Source: Escherichia coli
Lineage (GTDB): Bacteria > Pseudomonadota > Gammaproteobacteria > Enterobacterales > Enterobacteriaceae
Assembly (NCBI GenBank): GCA_009729775.1
Contig: GCA_009729775.1_4081.1
Length of the DNA: 64,000 bases
Reading direction: 5' to 3' (one strand)
Positions 40,914 through 52,775 of the stretch are shown here, one piece after another (positions within the stretch are counted from its first letter, which is position 1; each line of letters starts with the position of its first letter). Under the pieces are notes generated by a model. It was not told the origin of the DNA and did not search any database. It saw nothing but the letters and a program-made list of their open reading frames with translations. The position numbers and the translations under genes are program-made.

Positions 40914-41309
40914 TTAGTCTCCAACAAAACCTTGACGTGCAGCATAAGATGGTGCACCAGGTTCATTATAGTGTTGTACACCTTCTTTGTCAATTGTTGG
41001 TCCCATACCTTCAGTACCAAAACAACCTGCAATGGCTTCCAACACTTCGTCATCAGCAACTTCAGTACTTTCATCATTATATCGAATATCAGACAAAATG
41101 TCACAGGCTTTTTGTAGTTTATCTACAATTTCTTTTTGGTCTTCACCAGATTTAATCTTATCAACAATGTTAATAAGACATTTGGTAATATCCTTAAGAA
41201 CATCAACTGCTACAACATCGGATTCAACTTCAACTGAAAAACTTTCGTCTTCATCTCTTCCGGTAATTTCGTCTAACGCTTCAACTAGTTCACGATAATT
41301 ATATTGCAT
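40914..41309 (-). CDS. acidic hypothetical protein
   Basis: 131 aa, Asp/Glu-rich. Confidence 0.6.
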   Translation of the reverse strand: MQYNYRELVEALDEITGRDEDESFSVEVESDVVAVDVLKDITKCLINIVDKIKSGEDQKEIVDKLQKACDILSDIRYNDESTEVADDEVLEAIAGCFGTEGMGPTIDKEGVQHYNEPGAPSYAARQGFVGD

Positions 41310-41310
41310 A

Positions 41311-42291
41311 TTATTTGTCTCCTAAAAATTTCTTGTATTTTTCTTGGAGACTTTCAAAAATATCTTCTACTTCTTCATCAGAATCATCTTCCAAGTCAAT
41401 GTTACCTTCAGGTGAATCATCTTCTTCACTTTCATTAACATTTAGTGGGTTATCTCCTAATGCAGTGCCTGGGAATTTTGGTTCAAATTTATGAACACGA
41501 TTTTCGTTCCCTTCATTATCATAATACTCAGGTTCTGGACGATTGTCAAGATCTTCATCTACAACACGTCTCCAATAAAACTGATTGCCTTTTGCAATTA
41601 CAACAAAATGGTCACCTTCAACACCATTAGTCTTTAGTTGACCATCACGAACTGCATCAGCTTCTGTTCCATATGGACCGTAATCAGTACTGTTAGATGG
41701 TTCTTCATCTTCAGAGATACTTAGATCTGGTAGAAATTGGGTATCTTTCATTTCTTTATCGGTGGCAGGATTACCCTCTACGGAAAAATCTTCGTCTTCT
41801 TCTTCGTTAATACCAGCAAGGGATAGCATACGACTAAAATCGAATTCTTCTTCAATAATTTCTTCTTCTTCCTCATCGTCTTCTTCAACTGATTCTAGTT
41901 GAGGTTGACCACTAAGGTCAAGAGAAAAATCTTCTTCACCTTCTACACCTGGTTCTGAAAATTCAGCATCCATACTAACTTCATCTGAGTCAGCACCAAA
42001 ATCACCAACATCAGCGGAAAGATCATCAACTGCCGCTGCTAGTGGGTCTTCAACTGAAGTTTCAATTCCACCAATTTCTTCTTCAGCACCAATAGAATCT
42101 AGATCTAGTGGAGCAATAGGTGGAAGAGATGGAGTCATAGACCCCATTGATGGTACTGGAGCAGCAACAACTGGGTCTTGACGTTCAGCTTGACCAGCAA
42201 GTGCTAACATACGTGATAGTGTTTCCAAATCATCAGATTCTAAACCTGCGATATCGATTTTAACTTGTGCTTCATTAATTTTTTTAGCCAT
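41311..42291 (-). CDS. hyper-acidic protein with Glu/Asp runs
   Basis: 326 aa with EEDDEEEEEIIEEE and many D/E clusters; duplicated SRML(A/S)LAG motif. Confidence 0.7.
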   Translation of the reverse strand: MAKKINEAQVKIDIAGLESDDLETLSRMLALAGQAERQDPVVAAPVPSMGSMTPSLPPIAPLDLDSIGAEEEIGGIETSVEDPLAAAVDDLSADVGDFGADSDEVSMDAEFSEPGVEGEEDFSLDLSGQPQLESVEEDDEEEEEIIEEEFDFSRMLSLAGINEEEDEDFSVEGNPATDKEMKDTQFLPDLSISEDEEPSNSTDYGPYGTEADAVRDGQLKTNGVEGDHFVVIAKGNQFYWRRVVDEDLDNRPEPEYYDNEGNENRVHKFEPKFPGTALGDNPLNVNESEEDDSPEGNIDLEDDSDEEVEDIFESLQEKYKKFLGDK

Positions 42292-42313
42292 TTTAAATAA
42301 ATCCTTTTAGTTA

Positions 42314-43831
42314 TCAATCATTATTATTTAATGATTTTAAAATTTGCACTGTTTCATCCTTTTTACCTGAAAGTAAAATGTCAGCAGCAAGTAGAGAAAC
42401 CTCATCACCACGAGTTAGTAGCACTGTGATTTTTTTAGCATAAGGTGACTCTTTAATTTTAGAAGCTAATGATTGTACGTCATCACCAGCAATTGTTTCA
42501 GATTTAGTTTCTGGTTCAGAAACTTCGTCTGGTTTTTGTTCAGATTCTGGTTCTTTCTTAGGTTCTTCTTTTGATTGAATTTGCTCAGTACCAGAGTCTA
42601 CTTCAGGTGTTTCATCACTTTTAACTTCTTTATCTTGTTCATATTTGGCAAGTAATTTAGCAGCAGTTGCTTTTGGTATAAACTTACCATCAGCACTAAT
42701 GAATCTGTCACCACCAACATACGAATATTCTTTGCCTTGTTTGGATTTAACTTTTGTACCGATTTTCATAGCACCGGAATTGTTATGACGGAAAATATCA
42801 CGCTGTGCTGCTCGTTCAACACTTTTAGAAGCACTTGTGTTAAGTTGCTTTTTACTTTCGATATCATACCACAAGTTATTTTTCTTAGCGTATGTTTTTC
42901 CTTTAGAAGAAGTCATTCTATAACCGTCAGGAACAGTAATGCTTTCAAATTCTTCAATTTCTTCATCTGCTTCATTAATTGATTCTTTAGTTGCAAATAC
43001 TGGCTGTTTAGCAGGTTGTGAAGCTTGTTGTGGCTTTTCACCTGAACCAAAACGTTGCTCACTATGTTCTTGTTCACCCGTTAATGTTGGAAAATCACTT
43101 GGGTTATTCTTAACAAATTGCTGATATGCATTAATAATTGCATGTGCATTTTGTTCTGGAATTACTACATTACCATCATTATCACAAAATTCTTTACCAT
43201 TCCACTCACAACGTGTATTGCCTTGTACTAAGGTTGATTTGATTGGAATTAGTTTATTTTTAGAAGCTAACTGACGAGCAATACGCATACCTTCATCTGA
43301 TAGTTTACGGGTCATTGCTGGATCAACTGCTCGGCCTGATTTCATATCAACAAAACGGTGATTCTTTGGAACAAATTTAAAACCACTTACTTCCATACCT
43401 GCTGGAATTGATATATCATCAGCATATGGTGGAAGAATGTAAAATTTTAATGCATTCCATTCTTTTTGTAGTGTTTCTTTAGAAACATTATATACTCGAT
43501 GATCATCTGCCATTAATTCAGTGATGAATTCACTTTCAGTTAATAGAATTCCATCTTTTGAATTGAAACGGTTTTCACCAATAAATGTACACTCTTTACC
43601 TTCAACAATATATTTGTTACCAATCTTATATTCATTTGAAGCTAGATTGTGCTCGACAATCTGTTGTCGAGCACTTGCGTACATGGATGGGTATTTTCTA
43701 GGGTCTACCATTAACATATTATTGTCATTGAACCAGAATCCTTCAAGAAATACATATTTTGCACCAGTATGTGACGTATATACATATCCATTAGGAACTG
43801 TGGTAGTTTCAGTACTGAAAAAATTATCCAT
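42314..43831 (-). CDS. hypothetical protein with internal domain duplication and Lys/Glu-rich linker
   Basis: 505 aa; the N-terminal module (PNGYVYTSHTGAKYVF...GNKYIVEGKECTFIGENRF) recurs in the C-terminal half (PDGYRMTSSKGKTYAK...GTKVKSKQGKEYSYVGGDRF). Confidence 0.7.
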   Translation of the reverse strand: MDNFFSTETTTVPNGYVYTSHTGAKYVFLEGFWFNDNNMLMVDPRKYPSMYASARQQIVEHNLASNEYKIGNKYIVEGKECTFIGENRFNSKDGILLTESEFITELMADDHRVYNVSKETLQKEWNALKFYILPPYADDISIPAGMEVSGFKFVPKNHRFVDMKSGRAVDPAMTRKLSDEGMRIARQLASKNKLIPIKSTLVQGNTRCEWNGKEFCDNDGNVVIPEQNAHAIINAYQQFVKNNPSDFPTLTGEQEHSEQRFGSGEKPQQASQPAKQPVFATKESINEADEEIEEFESITVPDGYRMTSSKGKTYAKKNNLWYDIESKKQLNTSASKSVERAAQRDIFRHNNSGAMKIGTKVKSKQGKEYSYVGGDRFISADGKFIPKATAAKLLAKYEQDKEVKSDETPEVDSGTEQIQSKEEPKKEPESEQKPDEVSEPETKSETIAGDDVQSLASKIKESPYAKKITVLLTRGDEVSLLAADILLSGKKDETVQILKSLNNND

Positions 43832-43844
43832 GTGTTGATTCTCC

Positions 43845-44387
43845 TTAAGAAAGCATACGTAACAGTTGGTCGCGTTGCTCTGGACTTAATTTTTGTAGAG
43901 CATCAGGGATACTGGAACCTTGTGCTTTTGGTTGTTCTTGTTGTGCTGGTTGCTCAGTTGAGGTCGATTGTGATGGTTGTGATTCTGAACTTTCTTCGCC
44001 ACCTTGTTGGTCACGGTAGTCATTCATTATATCACGAGCAGCATTTAATAGAGCAGTACCTACATCTTTTGGTGTAAAAGAACGACGAGGATTGTTCCCT
44101 AAATGTTTAATATCAAGATTGTTACCTTTAAAAAACTGTGCCACATCAGCGTAAGGTACTGATGGTTGAGCTTTACCATATTTACGTCCAACATAACGTT
44201 TAAACTCTGCCCATAAGCGGTTGGCTTCAGCACCAACTTCTTGTGCACCTTGTTCAATCTGTCCACTACCAAAAAAGCCTTTTACTTTTCCTTTTGCACT
44301 ATCAACTGCACTTTGTGAACGACTATAAGGACGAGCTTCATTTAACTCATTGTCTTCATAATCTAACATTTCATTAAGTATACTCAT
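43845..44387 (-). CDS. hypothetical protein
   Basis: 180 aa ORF with ATG start, packed 3 nt from the next gene. Confidence 0.65.
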   Translation of the reverse strand: MSILNEMLDYEDNELNEARPYSRSQSAVDSAKGKVKGFFGSGQIEQGAQEVGAEANRLWAEFKRYVGRKYGKAQPSVPYADVAQFFKGNNLDIKHLGNNPRRSFTPKDVGTALLNAARDIMNDYRDQQGGEESSESQPSQSTSTEQPAQQEQPKAQGSSIPDALQKLSPEQRDQLLRMLS

Positions 44388-44390
44388 GTG

Positions 44391-44927
44391 TTAATCCTTT
44401 TTACCAAAACCAGCACTCATATATTGAGAGTATTTATTGTCTTTTTTCGATGCTTCAATTGCATCATCAACGGCAGTGTCTGCACGTTGTTGTCCAGCTA
44501 AGTCATAACTGTCTTCTGGTTTGCCAAAATCCACTCCAATAACTGGTTCATCAACATCATCAAAATCGATATCATCTTCCAAATCAGTCATTTCAATTTG
44601 ACGAGGTTCATCTTTACTACGAACACGAATCAATGCTTCTGTCATGCTTAGTAAATTGCCAATTTCATACATTAGTACATTTGATTGAACGCCACGATGA
44701 CATTTAAAGTCAAACATCCAAATTTCACCACAATCTAATTCATAGAAATCTAATGGTTTTTCCATAAAAATTGTTTTCTTTAGTGCTCCAATTTCAAACG
44801 CATCATAGCGATCCATTAGTCGCTGTGTTACTTTACTAAGTTGTTCAGGTGTTGGTTCAACTGCAAACTTAACTCGGTATTCATAAACTGGTTTCTTTTC
44901 AGTTAGGATTTGTTGTAATCTATTCAT
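44391..44927 (-). CDS. hypothetical protein
   Basis: 178 aa ORF, acidic C-terminal half. Confidence 0.65.
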   Translation of the reverse strand: MNRLQQILTEKKPVYEYRVKFAVEPTPEQLSKVTQRLMDRYDAFEIGALKKTIFMEKPLDFYELDCGEIWMFDFKCHRGVQSNVLMYEIGNLLSMTEALIRVRSKDEPRQIEMTDLEDDIDFDDVDEPVIGVDFGKPEDSYDLAGQQRADTAVDDAIEASKKDNKYSQYMSAGFGKKD

Positions 44928-44954
44928 TTTAATAACTCCATAAGGTCGTTTAAG

Positions 44955-47062
<2,108 letters not shown>

Positions 47063-47073
47063 TCATTATCTCC

Positions 47074-47850
47074 TTAAAATCCTACACTACCAAAAACACG
47101 ATCAATGATATCTAAACCTTGATTGACATTTTCAGGTAAAAGTGAATTAATTCTGGTACTATACATTTCTTCAATGTTATCAAATTGTATACAATTATCT
47201 GGTTTGATAGTCACTACCATTTCAACTGGAGAACTTGAACTATAGTCTAATGAATCGTATGATATGTTTTGAATAACACATCCGGTTAAAACAAAGTATT
47301 CCATAACACCAGCACTGTTATAAGAAGAACCACCAATAAATTGATCTACTGCATTTACTAAGCCAGCATTATTTGTTGCAGCAGTTGCAGCATCTACTAG
47401 TGTATCTCTTCCTAGATTTTCTAGTGTATCATCTGAGTTACGACCACTCAACATCTGTATAACTAAACCAAATTTATAAGAACCATAATCTTGGTCATTT
47501 CTTGAAGTTATTCTGCGTTGAAAGTCAAGTTGTTTTTGTAGTTGGCGTGATAATGCTTTTGCTGATGCATTTCCAACTGAATCACGTATAGATATAGTAA
47601 TTGGTTCCCAATCATGACTACCTATATAGGAAGTATTAGTTGTAAATTGATATAGTTTATGAGTACTAAATGTTACAGTAGGTCTATCAATTTTATCAAC
47701 ATCTAATGCGATGTGATCACGTTCATCTATATCAGTACCGAAATTATACACAATAACACGAAACTTGTATTTTGCTTTCGGTTGTAGCATTGAACGATTA
47801 CGCCCCGATGGTAAAGGAACGCCATATTTATTAATCATGTTATTTGCCAT
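47074..47850 (-). CDS. tail tube protein paralogue 2 (gp19-like)
   Basis: Paralogous to the 47945 gene (MANNMINKYGVPLPSGRNRSMLQPKAKYKFRVI...), immediately downstream of the sheath gene as in T4 (gp18-gp19). Confidence 0.6.
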   Translation of the reverse strand: MANNMINKYGVPLPSGRNRSMLQPKAKYKFRVIVYNFGTDIDERDHIALDVDKIDRPTVTFSTHKLYQFTTNTSYIGSHDWEPITISIRDSVGNASAKALSRQLQKQLDFQRRITSRNDQDYGSYKFGLVIQMLSGRNSDDTLENLGRDTLVDAATAATNNAGLVNAVDQFIGGSSYNSAGVMEYFVLTGCVIQNISYDSLDYSSSSPVEMVVTIKPDNCIQFDNIEEMYSTRINSLLPENVNQGLDIIDRVFGSVGF

Positions 47851-47895
47851 AGCAACCTCTTTTTATTTTATAAGGCATTATACTTTATTTAGCAT

Positions 47896-47922
47896 AAAAA
47901 AAGCCCCGAATAGATTCGAGGC
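47896..47922 (-). terminator. intrinsic terminator between the two tube paralogues
   Basis: On the minus strand GCCUCGAA-ucua-UUCGGGGC followed by U7. Confidence 0.6.
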
Positions 47923-47944
47923 TATATATTAAGTTTAAATAAAA

Positions 47945-48631
47945 TTAATTTTCGTAGAAGTTACTATCTGGTAGAGTAGTACTACTAATATTAGTTTGTG
48001 CACCAGAAATAGAGGTAGCAGTTGATGGATTACCGAAACCACTAACTTCATCACCGAACGCTTCGCCATTTGGACCCAATTTAGCACAACCATCTGGTTG
48101 AACTGTCATTGAAATAACTTGTGCTTCACTTGAGGAATAATCCCAATCACCAAAGTTGCTGGATTCAATAAAGCAACCTTGACATACCCAAGTACTCAAT
48201 GTTCCTTCAAACAAGTTTGTTGTATTTTCACTATTAGAACCATCAAGCTCTTGAATCCACATTTCAAATTTAAATTGTGAATCTGTCATGCGAGATTCTT
48301 GACTGTAGTAGTTAAATTCTTTACGCATTTGGTTGTATAGTGCTTTAGCAGAAGCATTACCTACAGAGTCACGGAAAGCAACATCAATTGTATCCCAAGT
48401 GTATTTCCCTTTGTAGTGTGCAGAACTGTTGTAACTATGAACAGTGACGTTTTCATGTGATACAGATACTGCCCCAACTGTATTGGTGTCTAGTGTAATC
48501 ATATTACCATCATCATTAGTACCAAAACCAAAGAAAATAACACGAAATTTGTATTTTGCTTTTGGTTGTTTCATAGAGATACGACCACCGCCAGCGAGCG
48601 GTACGCCATATCGATCAAGCATTGTAGCCAT
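47945..48631 (-). CDS. tail tube protein paralogue 1 (gp19-like)
   Basis: MATMLDRYGVPLAGGGRISMKQPKAKYKFRVIFFGFG...; AGGAGA SD; position after the sheath. Confidence 0.6.
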   Translation of the reverse strand: MATMLDRYGVPLAGGGRISMKQPKAKYKFRVIFFGFGTNDDGNMITLDTNTVGAVSVSHENVTVHSYNSSAHYKGKYTWDTIDVAFRDSVGNASAKALYNQMRKEFNYYSQESRMTDSQFKFEMWIQELDGSNSENTTNLFEGTLSTWVCQGCFIESSNFGDWDYSSSEAQVISMTVQPDGCAKLGPNGEAFGDEVSGFGNPSTATSISGAQTNISSTTLPDSNFYEN

Positions 48632-48992
48632 TTATATTCTCCTATTATGGAATGACATCTTTATATTATTTATCTATCTGGAAGTATATTTTTAATTAAC
48701 TAAAGTGTCATCAACAGGGAACCAATTAATATTAACACAATATAAGTATCTTTTTCGTTTAGTGTGGTCAATATAGTTTACTGATATAGACCATTTTCCA
48801 TTTGTGTATACTTCGTATTTTTCAATTATACCGACAATCTTCTAAATTTTTTAAAAATATATTTAGTATGTGTATTGATTCTAACTGAGTTAAAACTATT
48901 TTACTGACATCTTGTATTGTTCTTTTTAGTATTTCTTCCATATCCATAATGTCCCTTTATAACATCAATATAAAGGTATTTAATTTTAAACA

Positions 48993-49020
48993 ATAAAAAA
49001 GGGAACCAAAAGGTTCCCTT
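48993..49020 (-). terminator. intrinsic terminator downstream of the sheath gene
   Basis: GGGAACC-aaaa-GGTTCCC hairpin flanked by A- and T-runs, starting a few nt after the sheath stop. Confidence 0.6.
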
Positions 49021-49026
49021 AGTGTT

Positions 49027-51690
49027 TTATTGAGTTTTTTCGATACGGATTGGTACGTAAATGAAGTTAATACTCTTAGTTGGTTGGATTGCAATATCCA
49101 TCCAAAGTTCATTACGGTCAATACGCTCTGCGGTATTGTTACTTTCATCACAAACTACTGCGAAGTTATAAAGACCCTGTTGTTGAACAATTTCAGCCAA
49201 GAAACTATTAACTACACCACTAAATTCCTGACGAGTACTTGGAGTATTCAAACGGAATAGGAATGGTTCGGAAATAATTTCTAGTTGACGACGAATATAA
49301 ACAACTAAACGAGCAACGTTAACACGACTTAGTGCAGAAGTTTGATTAGCAGATAGAGTTTTATCTCCATAAACAAGCAAACCACGGTTAGGACGCATTG
49401 CAATTGGGTTAATGTTGTTAGTATACATAACGTCACGTTGACCTTGGTTATATACTACTGGTTGATATTCACCTTCGCTGTTGATAAAACCAGTACTTGC
49501 AGCGTTTGTTACAACACCACGAGTTGTACCAGCAGGTGGATACCATACATAACTAACACTATCGCTATATGCATATGTACGCATTGCAATAGTACTACCA
49601 GGAACTGCAACCTCTTCACCATCAACGTTAGTACTTAGACACCAACCCATATACTGAGCAGCATAATCATAAGCAGTTGTACGACCAACTGAACCGTTAC
49701 TTGGTGCATTGTTAGCATTAGTAGCCCATTGTTGTACAGCACTACCGTTTCCGGTTGGATTCAAACGTGCTGGAACGTCAGTAACAATAAATGCAGTTTC
49801 TTTACGATCAGTGTTTAAAGTTACACATTCATCAAGTGTTTCAACATAACCAGGTACACAAATTAGGTTAAAATCAATAAATTCAGAACGAATGTCATCA
49901 TTACCAATAATAACAGCAGCTAGTGCTTCAACTACTAGTTGACGTTGTGCAGCACGACCAAATAGGCCAGCACCATCAAGACTTACACCACTAACAACTT
50001 CCCATTGACCATTAACCATTTTCTTAACAACACCTTCAGTGTTACCTAGGTCAACAGCAAGCATACCATTTTGATACAATGCCGCAGCAGGAACTTGGCT
50101 TGGGAAATTAAAGTCTTGGAAAATCATACCATTTAGTGTACTTTGGTCAGTACTGTCAAGTTTAACCCATTCACCATCAACGTTACGATAGAAATCATAA
50201 CCATCAATGCCTTGAGACAAAGGACAAACCCAAATTAAACGGTCAGCCGCTGGTTCATCAACTTGTACATATTTGTTTTCTTCTTGTACTAGATCCCATT
50301 CATCATTAGCAACATCAGCAACATACATAGTTACAGTTAGATTATCGGAGTTCCCGAAATCATACCAGAGAGTTCCTTCTTTTGCTACACTACGTGGTAC
50401 TGAATAACTAACACGGAAGTTATTAACGTTAATTAGAGAGTAGTTGTTACTATCTACTGTTAGTTTTTGTAGTTCAGATTCAGCAAAAATATCATCACCA
50501 CTTTGTGTGATTTTGAAACTGTAACCTTTTGTATTGGAAACAACTAAACCACCATTAGTTTCACGTTTAAATTTAAAACCATCGTTAATAATTTCAGCAT
50601 TTGCATTTAGATTATTGATGATAGTTTGGGTATTAATAACACCGCCTTGTGGAACTGCTAGTACTTTAACTGATTTATTCAAATAAACAAAAGTCATATA
50701 ACTATCAGCACCTGCTTGTTCAATAATAGTTTCACCAAGTGGCAAAGCAGGAGCACTAATTGTTGTTAGTTTTGCACTTTGAATATAGAAAGAGAAACTC
50801 TTACTATCTTCATCAAAACGAGATGCGATATAACTATTGTTTAGTACACCACTTTTCGCTTCAATTTCTTGGAATGAATTACCAGTATATGCTGGTACAA
50901 TATTCCAAACTTGAGTTAGGGATGCATAACGTTTAATAACAAAACGAGTACCAAAATAGTTTGAACCATTTTGGGTGTAACCATCACGAATCCAAATGTT
51001 ACCTTTTTCTACAGTTGAGCCAACTGGAACTTTGTTAATTGGTGATAGGTAAGTTTCCATTTGCACTAGCCCAGAAGCAGAACGTTTATACATTAGCATC
51101 TGACCATTGCTTGGTTTGTAACGTAGAACTAAATCATCAACATTTAAACCTACTAGACTTACATCTTCAACTTCTTCAGCACTTACAATAGTTACTGGCT
51201 TAAGTTGCCAATCATAAAAACTGCTTGGACTATCTTTCTTCGCTACATACGCTTCTACTTGTGATTGTGCGGTATCAAACCACAAAGTACCATTGGATAC
51301 TGGGCCAGTTGGTGCTTCAGCACTTGGTGCTAGTTGTGCTAGATCGATATCAGCACGAATTACATATGCACGGTTAGTAATGCCTAGATAAGAATATACT
51401 GCATGTAGGCCATATTCGTTTAGTTCATCACCTTGAACAACAGAACCGTTATTCATTTGAAAAATTGGTGTACCATAGGTATCAAGTGAACTTTTTTGTG
51501 ATGTTAGAAGCTGTAGTTTTCCAGCGTTTGCTTTAGTAGTTCCCGCAGCTATTGCACTGCTTCCTGGGACAAGTTTGTCTTCAGCAGTAGCGATTACAAA
51601 TAGTGGTACAGTGCCAGGAGCAGCAGCGGTACTCATACTTTCATCAGTTACTGAAATGGAAACGCCAGGTGAGAGTAGATCTCCTGCCAT
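49027..51690 (-). CDS. contractile tail sheath protein (T4 gp18 family)
   Basis: N-terminus MAGDLLSPGVSISVTDES parallels T4 gp18 MTLLSPGIELKETT; C-terminus ...VVCDESNNTAERIDRNELWMDIAIQPTKSINFIYV parallels gp18 ...VVCDTTNNTPSVIDRNEFVATFYIQPARSINYITL; GGAGGA SD. Confidence 0.92.
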   Translation of the reverse strand: MAGDLLSPGVSISVTDESMSTAAAPGTVPLFVIATAEDKLVPGSSAIAAGTTKANAGKLQLLTSQKSSLDTYGTPIFQMNNGSVVQGDELNEYGLHAVYSYLGITNRAYVIRADIDLAQLAPSAEAPTGPVSNGTLWFDTAQSQVEAYVAKKDSPSSFYDWQLKPVTIVSAEEVEDVSLVGLNVDDLVLRYKPSNGQMLMYKRSASGLVQMETYLSPINKVPVGSTVEKGNIWIRDGYTQNGSNYFGTRFVIKRYASLTQVWNIVPAYTGNSFQEIEAKSGVLNNSYIASRFDEDSKSFSFYIQSAKLTTISAPALPLGETIIEQAGADSYMTFVYLNKSVKVLAVPQGGVINTQTIINNLNANAEIINDGFKFKRETNGGLVVSNTKGYSFKITQSGDDIFAESELQKLTVDSNNYSLINVNNFRVSYSVPRSVAKEGTLWYDFGNSDNLTVTMYVADVANDEWDLVQEENKYVQVDEPAADRLIWVCPLSQGIDGYDFYRNVDGEWVKLDSTDQSTLNGMIFQDFNFPSQVPAAALYQNGMLAVDLGNTEGVVKKMVNGQWEVVSGVSLDGAGLFGRAAQRQLVVEALAAVIIGNDDIRSEFIDFNLICVPGYVETLDECVTLNTDRKETAFIVTDVPARLNPTGNGSAVQQWATNANNAPSNGSVGRTTAYDYAAQYMGWCLSTNVDGEEVAVPGSTIAMRTYAYSDSVSYVWYPPAGTTRGVVTNAASTGFINSEGEYQPVVYNQGQRDVMYTNNINPIAMRPNRGLLVYGDKTLSANQTSALSRVNVARLVVYIRRQLEIISEPFLFRLNTPSTRQEFSGVVNSFLAEIVQQQGLYNFAVVCDESNNTAERIDRNELWMDIAIQPTKSINFIYVPIRIEKTQ

Positions 51691-51784
51691 ATTAAATCCT
51701 CCAAAAATAATTGGTTATTCGAAATATATTCGTATAGTCTTATTTATTGAAGGATTTAATTGTCCAGTCCTTATTGTTTATAAT

Positions 51785-52411
51785 TTATGTATTAGAATAA
51801 ATAATGTCCATTGCTTTTTTATGTAAATCATCAATAGTACTGTTATTCTGTACAATTATATCAGGATTGTTTATTCCAATCCAAGCCCACTCAGATTCGT
51901 GTACTGATTCTAGTTCAACTGGTTTAATATTAATATCCCCTTTATTATAAGAGGCAGCCAAACCATACCAATGTGGTAGAACACGTTGAACTTCAATAAT
52001 AGTCCCATTATTCGATCTAATCATTTTTAATTCATTTGGAAAACGGCAATCAGTGATGATAATATTTCCATCTATGTCTTGCATTGATTTTTCTAAACTG
52101 AATACCCAAATATCATTATGAAAATACTTACGCAAAATATTAGTACCATAATTCTGCAATACCCATCGAGGGGATACATCATTACGACCTAACTTATCAC
52201 ACCAGTACTGATCCGGTTCTTCACGAATCTTACGACTTTCCTTAGTTGACCCCTCAAGCATTTCACGGTCCCATCCAAAGATGGCAGCAACTGAATCTTT
52301 TAGATTGGTTGCGAATGACATTCGTGTGTAACCATTATTAATAAAAGATTCACCAAATGTATCTTTACCACTTCCAATAGTTCCGTTAATTGCAATTATT
52401 TGTCTTCCCAT
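51785..52411 (-). CDS. deoxynucleoside monophosphate kinase (T4 gp1-like)
   Basis: P-loop GTIGSGKDT at the N-terminus; overall similarity to T4 gene 1 dNMP kinase (IITDCRFPNE region). Confidence 0.7.
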   Translation of the reverse strand: MGRQIIAINGTIGSGKDTFGESFINNGYTRMSFATNLKDSVAAIFGWDREMLEGSTKESRKIREEPDQYWCDKLGRNDVSPRWVLQNYGTNILRKYFHNDIWVFSLEKSMQDIDGNIIITDCRFPNELKMIRSNNGTIIEVQRVLPHWYGLAASYNKGDINIKPVELESVHESEWAWIGINNPDIIVQNNSTIDDLHKKAMDIIYSNT

Positions 52412-52429
52412 TATACTACTCCATGTATT

Positions 52430-52699
52430 TTATATAATTTCTATTAAATCCTTTCCTACTAAACTTTCAAGTAATCCAAGAATTGACTCATTACCATAAT
52501 ATATAGAAACATAAGTAATAAAAAATGTTTCCCCATCATCATCACGATATATACTCGCCCATGCATTTATTCGATCTCTACCGATAACATCAATGATTGA
52601 ATCTTTGATAAATTTCCAGTACTTTTCAGTTGATTCATAATCAAGCGTTGGTCTACCACAACGATATCTGTTATACGTTACATTTATGTTATTATTCAT
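52430..52699 (-). CDS. hypothetical protein
   Basis: 89 aa ORF with ATG start; preceded by an extended -10 (TGaTATAAT) at ~52727-52735 and a terminator hairpin at ~52745-52772. Confidence 0.55.
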   Translation of the reverse strand: MNNNINVTYNRYRCGRPTLDYESTEKYWKFIKDSIIDVIGRDRINAWASIYRDDDGETFFITYVSIYYGNESILGLLESLVGKDLIEII

Positions 52700-52744
52700 G
52701 ACAAGTTCCTTTAGATTAATATTATCATTATATCACATAATATG

Positions 52745-52772
52745 AAAAAAGACTCCATATAGGAGTCCTTTT
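52745..52772 (-). terminator. intrinsic terminator (GACTCC-atat-GGAGTC + T-run)
   Basis: Palindromic hairpin flanked by A6 and T-runs, directly after the stop of the neck-like gene. Confidence 0.5.
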
Positions 52773-52775
52773 AAT

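Noticed and set aside
48957-49151. 64-aa minus-strand ORF overlapping the 3' end of the sheath gene
   Set aside because: It overlaps the sheath coding frame and the terminator hairpin; out-of-frame artefact.
51691-51784. T4-type late promoter (TATAAATA) upstream of the sheath and tube genes
   Set aside because: Only partial matches (TATAAAC, TATAAAG, TATAAAAT) are present; the resemblance is too weak to annotate without transcript mapping.
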